Shown: positions 1 to 13,687 of the stretch, piece after piece
Position numbering within the stretch: position 1 is the first letter of the stretch
How the letters are laid out: every line of letters starts with the position of its first letter
Assembly: GCF_006345805.1 (NCBI RefSeq)
Contig: NC_042999.1
Span: forward strand, 58,776,001-58,840,000
Length of the DNA: 64,000 nucleotides
Reading direction: 5' to 3'
Origin: Octopus sinensis
Lineage: Eukaryota
The notes under the pieces: generated by a model
Databases searched by the model: none
What the model saw: only the letters and a program-made list of their open reading frames with translations
Told to the model about the DNA's origin: nothing
Program-made: the position numbers and the translations under genes

Positions 1-1210
1 AATAATAATAATAATAATAATATAAATAAACATCCTTAAACAATCCTTATTCAGAGACCTTTTGAGCGGAACGGGCTACTTGACCTGAAGAAAATTCTAA
101 CTGGGCTCCACCTGCAATGTCAAGCGCTGTTTATCTTGATATGAGATCACCATGTCGCGCACACATGGTTGTGATGCATGTGCCCAGTGTACCCTTATGA
201 GACAGGTAGTCATGATGGGTATACTGGGCTTCGTATATTTTACCCCAGTGTCCCTTTGATGGCATGCATTGCTCTCTCACTAAATAATAATAATAAGATT
301 AGAGCGCTAGCCTTGACAGCGGCTGGATGTGTTCTTCGCTGCACTGACCAGTTAGCAGCCGAAGACAAAGTAACTCTAATACAACCCAGCAGAACAACTG
401 AAAAATAACTAAAAAAACTGGAACATCTACAATTTCTTGTGAGTATTTAAAATTTCCCTAAAAATAAAATTGAAAACTTACCTGTCCGCATTTTTTTTTT
501 TGACGAACACGAGTATTCGAAAATGCAAACTTCCTTTTTTATTGCAAGAACACTGCAGTTTTCTCTAGTCGGATATACAAACGAACATCTTTAGAAAACT
601 TAAAAACTTTAATATATACAAGTTTCTGTGGAAATTTTCCATTCTTTTCTCTCTTACTACTCGAATATATAAACATGCCTTTTATTGCAACAACACGATT
701 AAACGCACGATAAAAATTAAGGAGATAAGCACCTGGCAATATATACAAGCTGTACAATTACGAAAACTGTAAACCTCAGCAAAACTTATAATTCAAAAAA
801 TTTTTTAAATTCAAAAAAGTTCAAAATTTCAAAACATCGACGTGGTAAACATCAGTATATATATATAATTTTTTTTTCTTTTTTCTGTCAGTAATTAAAA
901 ACAGAACGAGGTGAATTCGTTCTTTCCAAGGCTAAGGTCAGCGCTCTCATTGATCGCTAGTTGTAGTAAATACATTTGACCTCTGCTGACCGTAAGGATG
1001 TGACGCTTCTTTTGTTTCCTGGTCGTACAGGAATGCGAGGCTTCATTGTTGATTCCTCACCATCTACCGAAACTATTTACAGACCTGTGGAATTTGGTCT
1101 GTTCATGAAGCTGCTTCTCTTCTTCCTCCTATCGGCTCCAACCCTCATATTTATGATTACCTCAAGTACAAGACAAAAGTCGAAACTAAACAATATTTAA
1201 TTATACCTAT

Positions 1211-1320
1211 TTCTTTATTGCCCACAAGGGGCTAAACATAGAGGGGACAAACAAGGACAGACATAGGTATTAAGTCGATTACATCGACCCCAGTGCGTAA
1301 CTGGTACTTAATTTATCGAC
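1211..1320 (-). mobile_element. tRNA-derived SINE (family S2), 3' half only
   Basis: Reverse complement matches the 3' half of the full copies at 60955-61184 and 62333-62559 (gtcgataaattaagtaccagttacgcactggggtcgat...gccccttgtggg). Confidence 0.85.
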
Positions 1321-1706
1321 GAGCAAAGATGGCTGACTTAACTAAATAACTATTATACTGCGCCATGGCTATAGAGATTAGCTGACGCGATTCAGATCAA
1401 GGCACTATTGTTGGTACCTAACGATGAACAATGCTGTGATGGCCAGGTTAAGGTAGTTGTAACGGTATTAATGGCGGAGTTGACAATAGTGTCAGATACA
1501 ACAACCGTCTCTACATCTGCCACACAAGGCTCAATACTACTAATTTTAATGTAGCACAAATATGTTTAACCAAGCAAAAAGGAAAACTACAACAGTACAC
1601 GAAATCGCTTGTCCTATGGTTAATATGGAAGCGCGTCCCCCAGGAAAGAGCCAGCCTGGGGTCGAAAAGTCATCCACTGATACAAACTCTTCTCTGAATA
1701 CTACGT

Positions 1707-2905
1707 ACTGTGAACGCATTCAGTGATGACATCATGATGGTATTTGGTCTTGATAAATGTGCCAAGGTCACTTTCCAGAAAGAGAAATTGAAGAGTAGTA
1801 CAAGCATGAAAGAAAACATGAAGGAATGTTACAGAGAGTTTCAACGGTCCTAAATTCCGTGTTATATGCATGTAGCAAGATGTCAGCTATAAATTACTTA
1901 GCAGTTTCGATTGTTATTTACAGTTTCAGGGTGTTCAACTGGAATATGAGCGAAATAACAAAGATTGGCAGAAAAATCCGTAAGCTACTGACTTGCAATA
2001 AGATGCACCACCCAAAGGCAAGCGCAGATCGTCTGTACCTATCTAGATCTCAAGGAGGTCGAGGTTTGATCCAATTAAAAATCTCTTACAAAACCACCAC
2101 AATTGGACTGGCAAAATATCTTGAAACATCTAACGACTGAATGTTAAAGCTCGTTGAAAACTACGAGAGACGTAAGAAGCTTCATTCTCATATGAAAGAG
2201 AGCAAACAATTTGCTAATGAGTTTATGCATAATACTCAGGTTGAACAGCATGATTGATGAAGTTACAAAGAATGTCAAATCAATAGCAAAGCAAAATGTG
2301 TTTGAACAGGTGACTGATAGGTGAGATTAAAAAACCTCTGCATGGCAAATACGTGGCTCGTAGCAAACAAGCTGATGTTGACCAGAAGCGCATACATCAG
2401 TGGTTATGGAGTTCAGGGCTAAAGGAAGAGAGTGAAGGTTTTATCTTGGTTGCTCAAAATCAGTGCTTATTGACCCGAAACTATTAGGCCAATGTGATGA
2501 AAAATGGAGTAGACCCAAATTGCCGATACTGCAACGATGGGATTGAAAGAGTGGTGTAAGGTTTTAGCACCTGTAGAGTACAAATCAAGACATGACAGAA
2601 TTGGCCAATATCTACAATGAATAATGTGTTGGCATTATAAAATCAAAAGTGCTGACAAACGGTACAAGCACTACCCTGAGACTGTAAGTGAGGGAGAAAA
2701 TATAACGATTCTTTGAGACTTCCCAATGTGTACGTCCCGGACTGTCAAAGCAAATAAACCACATGTTGTTGTGAAAGACCAAAACACTAAAGACTGTTTA
2801 TTGATTGACATGAGCTTACTCCGTGAAAATAATATCTCGGCAAAAGAATTTAAACTCATAAATATAAATATTTTCTAATCGAAATCAAAAGGATGTGGCC
2901 TTAAA
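1707..2905 (+). mobile_element. R4/Dong-like non-LTR retrotransposon fragment (end of RT, CCHC region, restriction-like endonuclease), degenerate
   Basis: Translates to TVNAFSDDIMMVFGLDKCAKVTF, HHPKASADRLYLSRSQGGRGL, ESEGFILVAQNQCL, CRYC..RHD and ANKPHVVVKDQNTKDCLLIDM, motifs typical of R4/Dong ORFs. Many stops and frameshifts. Confidence 0.85.
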
Positions 2906-3171
2906 AGACATGCTGGAGAGTATATAATACTGATAGGGTGGTCACGTGATCATAGGTCTAATTAGTCAGGACCGTCATTAACCTGAGACTAAAATACAGC
3001 AAAGCAAACTCTAAAACCTATGGAAGATAACGATATGACTTCGGTATTGATCAATCTAAATTGAATAAATGACTCGAAGTGAAATTAAGTTAACCTGATA
3101 ATTAAAAAGCAGTTGTAGGTTTGAGGTAGGTCGTGCCTGATAGAATAAATCTTATAGTTGTGGTCATTGTA

Positions 3172-3745
3172 TTGGGTTGTCCGGAAAGTTCGTGCCGATT
3201 TTTAAAGGAAAGAAAAAGGTCAATAAATACTTGCCGCTACCCAAGGTTTACCAGGTGCTCATGAACGACGGATTTTGATAGGTTGAGGCTTTCTGCCAAT
3301 TCTCGGGTTGTGCAATGTGGGTTATTCTCAATTAATGACTTGATTTGGTCATCATCTGTAGTGGATGGTCTGCCTGATCGCTCTTTATCAATAAGACTAC
3401 AATCTCCAGCTCGGAACCTTGCGAACCACTTCCGTACAGTTCTTTCGGATAAAGAAACATCACCGTAAACTGCGCATATTTCTTTGGTTGCTTGTGAGGC
3501 ATTTTTCCCTTTATGGTAAAAGAAAAGCATCAAGAGCCGAAAATGAACTTCCTTATCTTCCAATTTAAAGGGTTACAGAATTAACACAGGTTATAGGAAT
3601 ATAAACCTTCTTCCACGAAAAGATAGCTTAAACAGTGCTCTAAATGGAGGTGTAGTAAAATCCTATTTTATGGACACAGCCATGTTCTAAAATAAGTCGA
3701 AAAGAAAGCTACTATAAATTGGCACAAACTTTCCGGACAACCCAA
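3172..3745 (-). mobile_element. Mariner (family M1), internal-deletion derivative retaining the N-terminal HTH region
   Basis: TIRs ttgggttgtccggaaagttcgtgccgattt / aaattggcacaaactttccggacaacccaa, TA on both sides; 108-aa ORF 3237-3563 with WFARFRAGD..LIDKERSGRP. Confidence 0.93.
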
Positions 3746-4339
3746 TATTTTATCTTAAGCAGGAACTGTCTCTAGAAGAAACATCATACAATGCGTCCTT
3801 TTTCGTTTTTGAAAGACTGTTAAGTTTTTAAATGATGGAGATTTCATTATTTTTTCTAGCAAGCATAGCTAACATATCGACTCACATTCGCTTGCTCGTT
3901 TGTTAAATATTGAAGTTTCCAAGAAATCACTTACGTACACAAAACAAACTCGTCCAATAGCAACTGCACTTGTAACTATTCAAGCTATTTTTATTACAGG
4001 CAAATTTTAGTCGTCAGAAAATCGCTTCCATGATTCGTATAAAAAAATAAAACAAAACAAAACTAAACAACCCCCCCCCCCCCAAAAAAAAAAGCATGAA
4101 GCCACAAATATACTGTATTACATTTATATGAAATACATCCAATATGAGTACACAATCAGCAAGACTTCAAGTAAATGCAATTTATTTCTGAAAAAAAAAA
4201 GAATTTTACTTAGCAGCTGTTTTCTTCTGAAAATTTTATATTTAAAATGACCTGGATATCATTAGAAATAGTTTCTAATGTTGCCATAAAAATGACGTTA
4301 TTTCTGGATTTATACAATTTCCAAAATCGATAAAATATA

Positions 4340-4399
4340 AATTTATATATATATATATACAGATGTATACTCACACACAAATATGTACATATATATATA

Positions 4400-4450
<51 letters not shown>

Positions 4451-4714
4451 TACAAATGTACACCCACACAAATATGCATGTATATATATATATATACACT
4501 CAAACAAATGCATACAAAGCAATATTATATAATATTTCATATTATATAATATATATATGCACACAATGACAGTTTTTTGTGGATAATGATATTTAATATT
4601 ATTTAATATATAAGGGTATATATATATATATGTGTGTGGGGGGTGCATGTATGTAAAAATTTCACATATTTATGTATGCACACCCACTACGCTGCCGATA
4701 TATACAAGCATATA

Positions 4715-4771
<57 letters not shown>

Positions 4772-4830
4772 AAATAATATGCCTGCATATGAACGTATGT
4801 ATGCATGTATGTATGTATCTGTCTGTCTCT
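4340..4830. repeat. Compound (TA)n/(TG)n microsatellite region
   Basis: Direct reading. Confidence 0.9.
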
Positions 4831-5555
4831 ACATATGCTGTAATGTAATATATGTGTACCTCACTATCATAAAGGAAAGGAATTAAGAGCAACCGGTAAG
4901 ACAACACAGTAGACAGAATAAACTAAGGAATGCACCTCATTAGCAAATCTATTTAGGGACTTTTGTGGTTTCGAAACTTTTGGACCTACCGCTGCATTAA
5001 CGACCATCAGTTACGTATGTCAGAAGACGAACCGTAAACGACATGTATTGTCATGTGTTCCTCTCTAAAAGACCGAGACAGAAATAATTTCAAATGGGCA
5101 AAACTTAATCGAATCTTTTTAAGCTAGTTCTGTAAAATTGTTAATGTCGCATAAAACTTAGAATACACCATCAAGGGAAATTGCATGTCTGTGAATCTTA
5201 TAAGTGCATACTTAGTTGGTACTGGGGACACATCCATCCATCCATCCATCCATCCATATATACATACATACATACATACACACATTCACACAGTGTGATA
5301 TTCTCATTTGAAGGTTTATTTCTACAGATTTTCTACATTATCTGTTTACCTAGCAACAAAAGGTACGACGTTTCGCATGCAAAGACGTTTATATGGACGA
5401 TGTAACAGAAAAGTAAGTAAAGAGTGTATATGCATATATCAAGATCTATTGTACTTTCCACAGAGTAACATCGAAAGCGTGAACTATCCAAAGATGCTTT
5501 GATTAAATATCCCTCAAATTAAGCGGTGTAACACTTTTAGGGAGATCAATATATA

Positions 5556-6819
5556 CGAGGAAGTACCCAAAAGTAACCGGAACCCTTCTCTGTTGGACAT
5601 GCTTATTGTAGTTCAGGGTTCCGCTACAGGCCCCTTGATGTGTTCATCAGGCACCAGTCTGCCGACCAACTTCGTCGGGGGTGGCGGTTCGTACTGCCAC
5701 GTGTCGCATTTTTGTTTTGCAGTGCTTCTCCCCTGTTTGTCGATTTTTGCGATGGCTGAAACGAGGAACAGCGTGAAATTCTGTTTTCTGTCGGCGAAAA
5801 GGGTGGCCAAAACAGTTGTCATGCTTACACGGGCGCTGTCATGAGCAAAACACAAGTTTACGTGTGATTTCGCGCTTTAGGAATGGTCACGTGTCGCTTG
5901 AAGACCAACCTCGTTCAGGGCCTCTGGCGACTTCGCGAACGAGTGAAAACATCACAAAATTCACGAACTGATCTTGGAGATACGTCACCAGACAATTGAT
6001 GATCTTGTTGATATAACTATGTTCTGGAACTCCTGCCAACGAATTGTGAGCAGGGAATTGCGAATGAAAAGAGTTGCAGTAAAATTTGTCCCTCACTTGC
6101 TCACGGAAGATCAAAGGCAGTCACGATTGAATGCGTGTTGTGAACTGAAAAGAACAGTTAGAAGTTGATTCGGACCTCTTTTCGAATGTTATCACTGGTG
6201 ACGAAAATTGTGCTACGGCTACGACCCGGAAACGTTGGAGTAATCAATGGAAGCATTCAGTGTCACCAGGCTCCACAAAAGCGCGTCAAGCGAAGTCCAA
6301 TGTCAAGACGATGCTGGTTTGTTTCATCGATGCGAAAGGAATTCTCCACATAGAATTTGTCAAACTGTTAATCAGACATTTTACTTGTCAGTTCCGAAGT
6401 ATTTGCAAGACGCGGTGAGATGAAAACTCCCCCACCTGTGGTACAGTGGAGAGTGGTGGGTTTCATCACAAAAATGCGCCCGTGGACACCGCCTTGAGTG
6501 TGAGAAGTTTTTGGTCCCGAAATCTTCCGTGTTCACCCGATAATACTCCCTAGGAGTTTTTGTTTTGTTTCCCCGAATACAAAAAGTCTTTAAAGGAAAA
6601 CTTTTTTGCAGATGTGAAAGAGTTGGAAAAAGAAATACAACGGAGGCGTTAAAAGGTATCACCTCGCATAAGTTCCGAGGTTGCTTTGAACAGTAGAAAA
6701 CGCATCTGGACTGATGCATGGTTTCAAATGTAGAATACTTTGAAGGCGGTAACAGTATAAGCATGTAAACTAAGTGAATGAAATATTACAAAATTCCGGT
6801 TTCTTGGGGTACCATTTCG
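5556..6819 (+). mobile_element. Full-length degenerate mariner (family M2, irritans-like)
   Basis: About 1.26 kb. Imperfect TIRs cgaggaagtacccaaaagtaaccgg / ccggtttcttggggtaccatttcg with TA flanks. Fragments VKFCFL, KFVPHLLTEDQRQSRL, ITGDE and a degraded PYSPD-like motif; frameshifted. Confidence 0.9.
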
Positions 6820-6826
6820 TATATAT

Positions 6827-6865
<39 letters not shown>

Positions 6866-6949
6866 CTTTATATATACGTGAACACACCCTATATATGTAT
6901 ATATATATATATAATATATATATATTTATATATACGTTAACACACCCTA

Positions 6950-6988
<39 letters not shown>

Positions 6989-6991
6989 TAT

Positions 6992-7023
<32 letters not shown>

Positions 7024-7038
7024 CGTGAACACACCCTA

Positions 7039-7077
<39 letters not shown>

Positions 7078-7085
7078 GTGAACAC

Positions 7086-7139
<54 letters not shown>

Positions 7140-7170
7140 CGTGCACACACCCTATATATGTATATATATT
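6820..7170. repeat. (TA)n tract with a repeated cgtgaacacaccc spacer
   Basis: tatacgt(g/t)(a/c)acacacccta recurs five times between TA runs. Confidence 0.85.
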
Positions 7171-7325
7171 TATTCTTTTACTTGCTTCAGTCATTTGACT
7201 GCAGCCATATTGGAGCACCGCCACCTAGAAGTGTTTTAGTCGAACAAATCGACCCCTTTTGTCGAACCTCTAAGTTACGGGGACGTAAACACACCAAAAC
7301 CGGTTTTCAAGCAGTGATCCCCCCT

Positions 7326-7371
<46 letters not shown>

Positions 7372-7546
7372 CTGACCGAAGCCGCGTGGCTGATACGCGC
7401 AAAAGAATATATATATACGACGGGCTTGTTCAGCTTCCATCTACGAAATCCACTCACAAGTCTTTGTTCAACCCAAGGTTCTACGCAGTGGGACTGAACC
7501 CGGAGCCATGTGGTTGCGAAGCAAGCTTTCTACTGCAGAACCACGC
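7171..7546 (-). mobile_element. tRNA-derived SINE (family S1) with internal microsatellite
   Basis: Reverse complement matches the + copy at 53950-54358 (ggttccgggttcagtcccactgcg head; ggcggtgctcca.atggctgcagtcaaatgactgaa tail). Confidence 0.85.
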
Positions 7547-7560
7547 TATATATAAATTCT

Positions 7561-7941
7561 TTTATTCTTTTACTTGTTTTAGCCATTTGACTGCGGCCAA
7601 ACTGGAGCACCACCTTTAGTCGAACAAATCGATGTCTGGACTTATTTTTAGTAAGCCTAGTACTTATTCTATAAGCTTTTATTGCCCAACCGCTAAGCTA
7701 CGGGGGGCATAAACGCACCAGCACCGGTTGTCAAGCAATGGTGGCGAAACAGACACACAGACACACACAAATAAATACATATATATAAATAAACAACGGG
7801 CTTCTTTCAGTGTCCGTCTACTGAATTCACTCAGAAAGCTTTGGTCAACTATAGTCCGAGGCTATAGATGAAAACACTTGCTCAAGTTGCCACGCAGTGG
7901 GACTGAACACGGAAGCATGTAGTTGGGATGCAAGCTTCTTA
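7561..7941 (-). mobile_element. SINE family S1, second copy directly adjacent to the first
   Basis: Same head, body and tail as 7171-7546; diverged. Confidence 0.85.
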
Positions 7942-8521
7942 AAAATATCAGAAAATACAGCAAACATCAAAAGTGCGTACGCAGTGAATGCATTAAATTG
8001 ATGCTAAAAGAACGTTTGAAATGGAAATAAGAGGGTGTGTGACCCTTATGAGGAAGGATGTTCGGCAGAAAGAGGAAAGAGGAAAAATTCCGAAGAGAAG
8101 GAAAAGAATAGCTCGAGAAAAGTACTTGCTGAAAAATAACTGTCCTGAAGTGGAGAGAGATAGGCCTGATCCAGTGCCCTGATACACTGGATATTTCCTA
8201 CTTATCTGTTTCAGGTTCGAACAGGCTTGAATGCGGTTTATGTGAGATTTCTCTTGCGACACATTCACTGATATATTCATTAGCCAGTTAAAAAAAAGTC
8301 AGTGGTGAGTGGTGGGGAAATACAAACCGAAAATGGAGAACAAACATTAGAGTGCGCACCAGACTCTAACACGGAAACACACGAGCATTCTTCCGAATAC
8401 TCGCATACCAGATTACCCACCATCCAATCGATTCCTGTCCAAGAAACCGGCATAACGTTTCTGAAAGTCTAGAGTAACAAACCACGAGATCGGCCTAAAT
8501 ATATATTTTTAATCTCGTAAA

Positions 8522-8850
8522 GTCAATACCACCATGACCGATATCCAAACTACAGTGGAGAAGGCTAGCCACTGGATTTGGTTAAAAAGAGACGATGAGC
8601 GATGGTTAGAAGAATATTGAGCTTTATTTGATAACCAGTTGATCTAGGAAGCGGGGCCACATATCAGTGAGGGGCACCGGTGCCTATTGACGCCGTCGAG
8701 AGGTAGGCCCCGAAACGGCGCGCATTCTCTCCTGAAGGACCCATACACTTGCTGGCTTCCGGTATGCGGAGTTCTTGACTGGTAGCATTTGCATGCACAA
8801 TTTGTTTGCAAGACATCAGTGTTGAGCATATTTCTCTCGTTCCTTAAACC
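8522..8850 (+). mobile_element. 3' end of a HERO-like (R2 superfamily, RLE-type) non-LTR retrotransposon
   Basis: 8522-8620 translates VNTTMTDIQTTVEKASHWIWLKRDDERWLEEY*, resembling the E(K/R)AS.W(L/I)W(L/I)KR C-terminus of HERO ORFs. A GC-richer 3' UTR follows and ends at a (TCTA)n tract. Confidence 0.6.
8653..8739 (+). ncRNA. Candidate pseudoknotted/permuted hammerhead-like RNA
   Basis: ggggcc(8653-58)/ggcccc(8706-11); cgccgt(8691-96)/acggcg(8715-20); gagag(8698-702)/ctctc(8727-31); GUC 8695-97; GAAA 8712-15; CUGAAGG 8732-38. Confidence 0.55.
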
Positions 8851-8855
8851 CAATG

Positions 8856-8912
<57 letters not shown>

Positions 8913-8913
8913 A

Positions 8914-9006
<93 letters not shown>

Positions 9007-9060
9007 ATCTATCTATCTATCTATCTATCTATTTATCTATCTGTCTATTATCTATCTATT
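8856..9060. repeat. (TCTA)n microsatellite
   Basis: Direct reading. Confidence 0.95.
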
Positions 9061-9829
9061 TATGTATCTACATCCATAGTTACATACTCACACACATGCA
9101 CACATACACATATATATGTCTGTATATATTATCTATATACGTAAACATATGCAGACACACATCTATATGCATATACGTGCATACATACATATCATATGCA
9201 AACATGTATGTATCTGTCTATCCGTCTATCTATTTATTTATCAGTCTATGTGTGTGTACGTGTGTGGCTGTGTGCGTGTATATGTGAATACATGCATATA
9301 TAGATGGGATATAAGTAGGTGAATTTTAGAAGAGAAATTCGTAGACAGGCAGACAGACAGACGAAATGCAGTCGGACAGACACATTGATAGATAAACAGA
9401 TACATTGATATATAGATACAAAATTAGAAAGATAGCTATATTGATAGATCGATAGTCAAATAAGCAATAACTTTATAATGAACTGTATAAATAATGGGAA
9501 TGTTGGCTAGGTATAAAAAAGCCATAAAAGTCGTGTGATTAACAGTAAAAACTTATAATCGTGCTGGAGAATTATATTGATTTCTAAACATTGGCTAATG
9601 GCCACAGATTTAGGAAGTAAGGAAGAGACTATTTAGAAGACCCCGCTAATTGATTGGTACATTTTTATGGGCTCTAGAATGATAAAAGGAAATGTTGAAC
9701 CCGGTCAATTATGAACTGAAAATGAAGATAAACCTCACTAGCTAACGCAAGGAATCTAGTCCGGCGTTTTATTAATTTTGGCTAAGTATTGTATTGATTT
9801 TTGAGTGTGACTCTATCAGCTCTGTTGCA

Positions 9830-10310
9830 GATTTTGGTCCAATGCTCTTGGGATTTTCTTTCGACATCCTGGCGATTCTAGTCCAACTGTCTGTAAATTT
9901 GTATCTTGCAATCTATCGATTTTAGTCTATTGTCTACCGATTCACACACGGAATTCTCTTGAAGCTGTTCAGATACTCCAACAATTTTATTTTGGCACTC
10001 CGGTAATTATAGTTCAGTACTTTTCCGATTTTGATTTCACATATTACACGTTTTTATCTGGCACTTCATATTCAGTTTTGACTTTACTGATTCTGGTCCG
10101 GCACCCTACCAATTTTATTCCTCTACCATACCAATTTTCATCCACTTCACTACTATTCTGGTAGTCTACCGACATTTTATCTGGTGCTCTATTAATTCTG
10201 TTCCGGCACACTAACAAATATGACCCGAATTCGGCTCTCTACCTATCTTGGCCCTGCGTCCTACCGATTTAGGTTTTATATACTCCTTTCTTTGGGCTCC
10301 ATTTTATCGG
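9830..10310. repeat. Degenerate ~20-bp minisatellite
   Basis: Recurrent variants of ctacc(g/a)atttt(a/g)(t/g)tccggcact. Confidence 0.5.
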
Positions 10311-11922
10311 TTTTATTATGGCGAATTCGAAATATAATAAAAATGGCTAGTAAAAAAACAAAAAAAAAAAACAGAGTCGGCTGCACATAGTAACATGTTT
10401 GCTGACATTTGATGCAGTAAATCAATACATTTTAATTATAAAATTGAAATTCTTGTAATATCCTTTAACAATGCCGGTGAGGAGTTAATCAAACATATAA
10501 GGTGATGTGAATGAAGGAAGGGTAAAATTAAAGACACCCAAGATAAAATTGAGAGAAGATAACAAGAAAGAAAGAGGCACAGAATAAGAGTATTAGGGAA
10601 GATGTTAAGCGGAACTTTAATTAGGATACTGGATGAGAGTCTGGAGCATAAACCAAGAAAACTAGAACAAGCGAAGGTTAGACATACAAATTATAGGAAA
10701 CTGAAAAACAAAGAGAGAGAAGACAGAGAAACGAGACAGAGTGCGGTCGAAAAGGTAGATATAGAATAGATATGTAAATGGAAGGGAGAGTAAAGGATAT
10801 ATGACAGAGGGTTAAAGAGAGTTATGCAAATGAAACAGAAAACGTAAGGAATCTTAGAAGAGTGAATGATGGTGGGGATACGTGCTCAATGAAGATCAGG
10901 GAATGGAAACAGCAAGAATAGAAATATAAAAAAAAGCCTCGCCTGTTTATAAAAATCAATCTCACTTCTACATACTGTAATATTAAGGGCAAACTATAGT
11001 ACTTTCTTGTTTCTTAAAATGACACTCCTATGGATGAAAACAAATCTTCTCCATTTGAACGAAACAACAATTTTTGTTATAGATCTGCTAGCCCACCTGT
11101 CACTCATTAAGGTTACGTTGTGATAACAATAGGTACGACTGACGCAACGAGAAAGCCTCTTTATCAAATCACACATATTTTCTTTAAACAAAGAAAGATA
11201 TATTCGATAATGTAACTCAGTGTATAGAGTTTATGTTTCAGGTTGGATTTTTGATCATAGTTCTGCATGATCAGAACTAAATTGGGCTATAACAAGATCC
11301 ATGCACTGTAAGCCCAAACTGGAGCTTCTATTATGTTCAATGTACCTGCTAGAAATGGCTGTCAATACTCCATCAGAACAACACCCCTTGGTCTCTAAAA
11401 TAAGCGGTATTTTGCAAAACAAAGTCCTTTACCGATGTAGGCCTAAACAGCAATAGCCTATAAAGTCACGAGAAGTAACTTTTCAAAATTCTACTTAAAC
11501 CAGATCTCCATACACGAACGATACACAAAATGAGGGGAGGGGAAGATGGTAAGGTGAAGAAAGACAAGGAGGCAGAAAGAGTAAGAGGAGTAGGTGGAGA
11601 GGAGAGCTAGAGAGACAAACATACAAAAGTGTAAAAAAAAAATAAATAAACATAAAATAGATCGACATAAAGATAGATGGGGAAAACTAAATTGGATTTG
11701 TGTTGGACTAAACGTATGTTGAAAACGATAAAAGAACGTCAAAGTAATAAATAAATTAAACAGAGCAAAATTACCTACATATGCCAAATATTTGCTGGTT
11801 TCCTGAATGCTAAGATAAAAATATAACTATTTACAACTATTGAACCTCAATGATAGTCGGCATGATTAGAAAAAAAAAAAAAATGAACTGTGAATAAATA
11901 CACATGTAAAAATATATACATT

Positions 11923-11959
<37 letters not shown>

Positions 11960-11993
11960 ACGCATTTATACATGCACACAAACATGCATATAT

Positions 11994-12025
<32 letters not shown>

Positions 12026-12214
12026 AGCGTATCAAAATTGCTGCTGATTTTTCATAAGGAAAATAAGGAATGATTCTCATTTTTTTTTTTTACATTCGGA
12101 TTTTTTTTTCTTATTTTGGCATTTGTTTATGCGAAGCCTCTGTTGATGCTGATATAAATGATAATCTTCATGACGATACAGCATAAAATTTGGTATTGAT
12201 TATTATCATTATTA

Positions 12215-12293
<79 letters not shown>

Positions 12294-12478
12294 TATTGTT
12301 CGTTTGTTTTCTTCTGTCGATGGATGTGGTAGTGTTGTTTCGTTTTGGTGACGATGGTGGTAGAAGTAGCGTTCGCGGTTTTCTTTATCTTGAACATCCA
12401 TTATCATTACGGTTTTTTATACGGGAACGCACATAAGTACATAGAAAAAAAAAACCCATTAACATATACACATAAATG

Positions 12479-12533
<55 letters not shown>

Positions 12534-13687
12534 ACGTGCATATACACATACATATAGAAAATGAATCCGCAGGGATAAAACTATCAGATGGAGATTGGCA
12601 ATATATTTTCATAATAAATAATATAAATGTTGACATTTTGGTATCTAACGTATACATACACAAACATGACTAAGAGCATGTTTGTTTAGTTTCTTTGTTT
12701 TCTCTGTACTTAAGTCAAACGAACACATACACGTTCACACATGCATACGTACATGCATAAATTCATGCATAGCTTCATAGATACAAACATACACACATAC
12801 ATACATATATACACACACACGCACAAACACACATACATATATTATATAAGTACATATAAACATACATGCACATACGGATATGCAAACGCACACATTTTAT
12901 TCATGAGCAGAAATATAACTTCATGTTTGCATGAACAACATTACTGCACTCAATACATATAAGAGAGTAGAATCTACATACACAAGGGCACTATTTGCAA
13001 TATTCTACGCTTAGCATAGGCCAAGCAATTATATGGCTATAAACCGAAAAAGTTCGTAGAAAAAACAACGTAGCATATGTGGGTGCTTACGGTATTGATT
13101 TTTAGGTTAAAATTATGAAAGCGGTAAACTCGTTTCACATAATTATCTTTTAGGGGTGAGAAACTTCCCCCGAGTAGTTGCAAAAGCGCTGACCATTATA
13201 TAGAATGTGAAGGCCTAACATATATCTGATGAAGGAGGGTTAAAAAAAGAGGCTTCTAAATTGGCTTTTGTATGGAAAATGAAAGGCGCTATTATGATTG
13301 AGTGAAGTGAAATCAATATTATCTATTGGTGGGTTGCAACTGAAAGGTAAATGTAGAAAATCTGATTGGTAAATAGTTAATAATTGATCCAGTCGATGAT
13401 ATAAAAATTTGCATGGATAGTAGAAAACATCCAACATATATATTCTTGTAAAGTATAGTGGAATAGTAGTGACTGAAAAAAGAAACTGAGTGTGTGCAAC
13501 ACTCCTGGTATATGATTAAATATCAAACTATCCAATCAGGTCGTCCTATGCTCTCTTTCAGGAGATTCTTGTTCAATTCCAGACATTTAGTAGCGATTTC
13601 GATTTAAAGTTTATATCATTTGAGTATTACGGAGATGTACTTGCATAGCGAGTGACTTGATCTGAGATCGTGTGCTGGAACGAAAAC

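Noticed and set aside
25-285. GC-balanced block between (TAA)n tracts that looks like an interspersed repeat
   Set aside because: Single copy in the window and no diagnostic motif, so class and strand cannot be supported.
300-1200. Splice-like sites on both strands and short ORFs 178, 539 and 976
   Set aside because: Cannot be assembled into a coherent reading frame or a known element.
5329-5418. Possible exon (ctacag or cctag acceptor, aaaa|gtaagt donor)
   Set aside because: Translations match nothing I recognise and no partner exons were found; needs RNA-seq.
8217-8305. Acceptor/donor-bounded segment
   Set aside because: Stops in all three frames.
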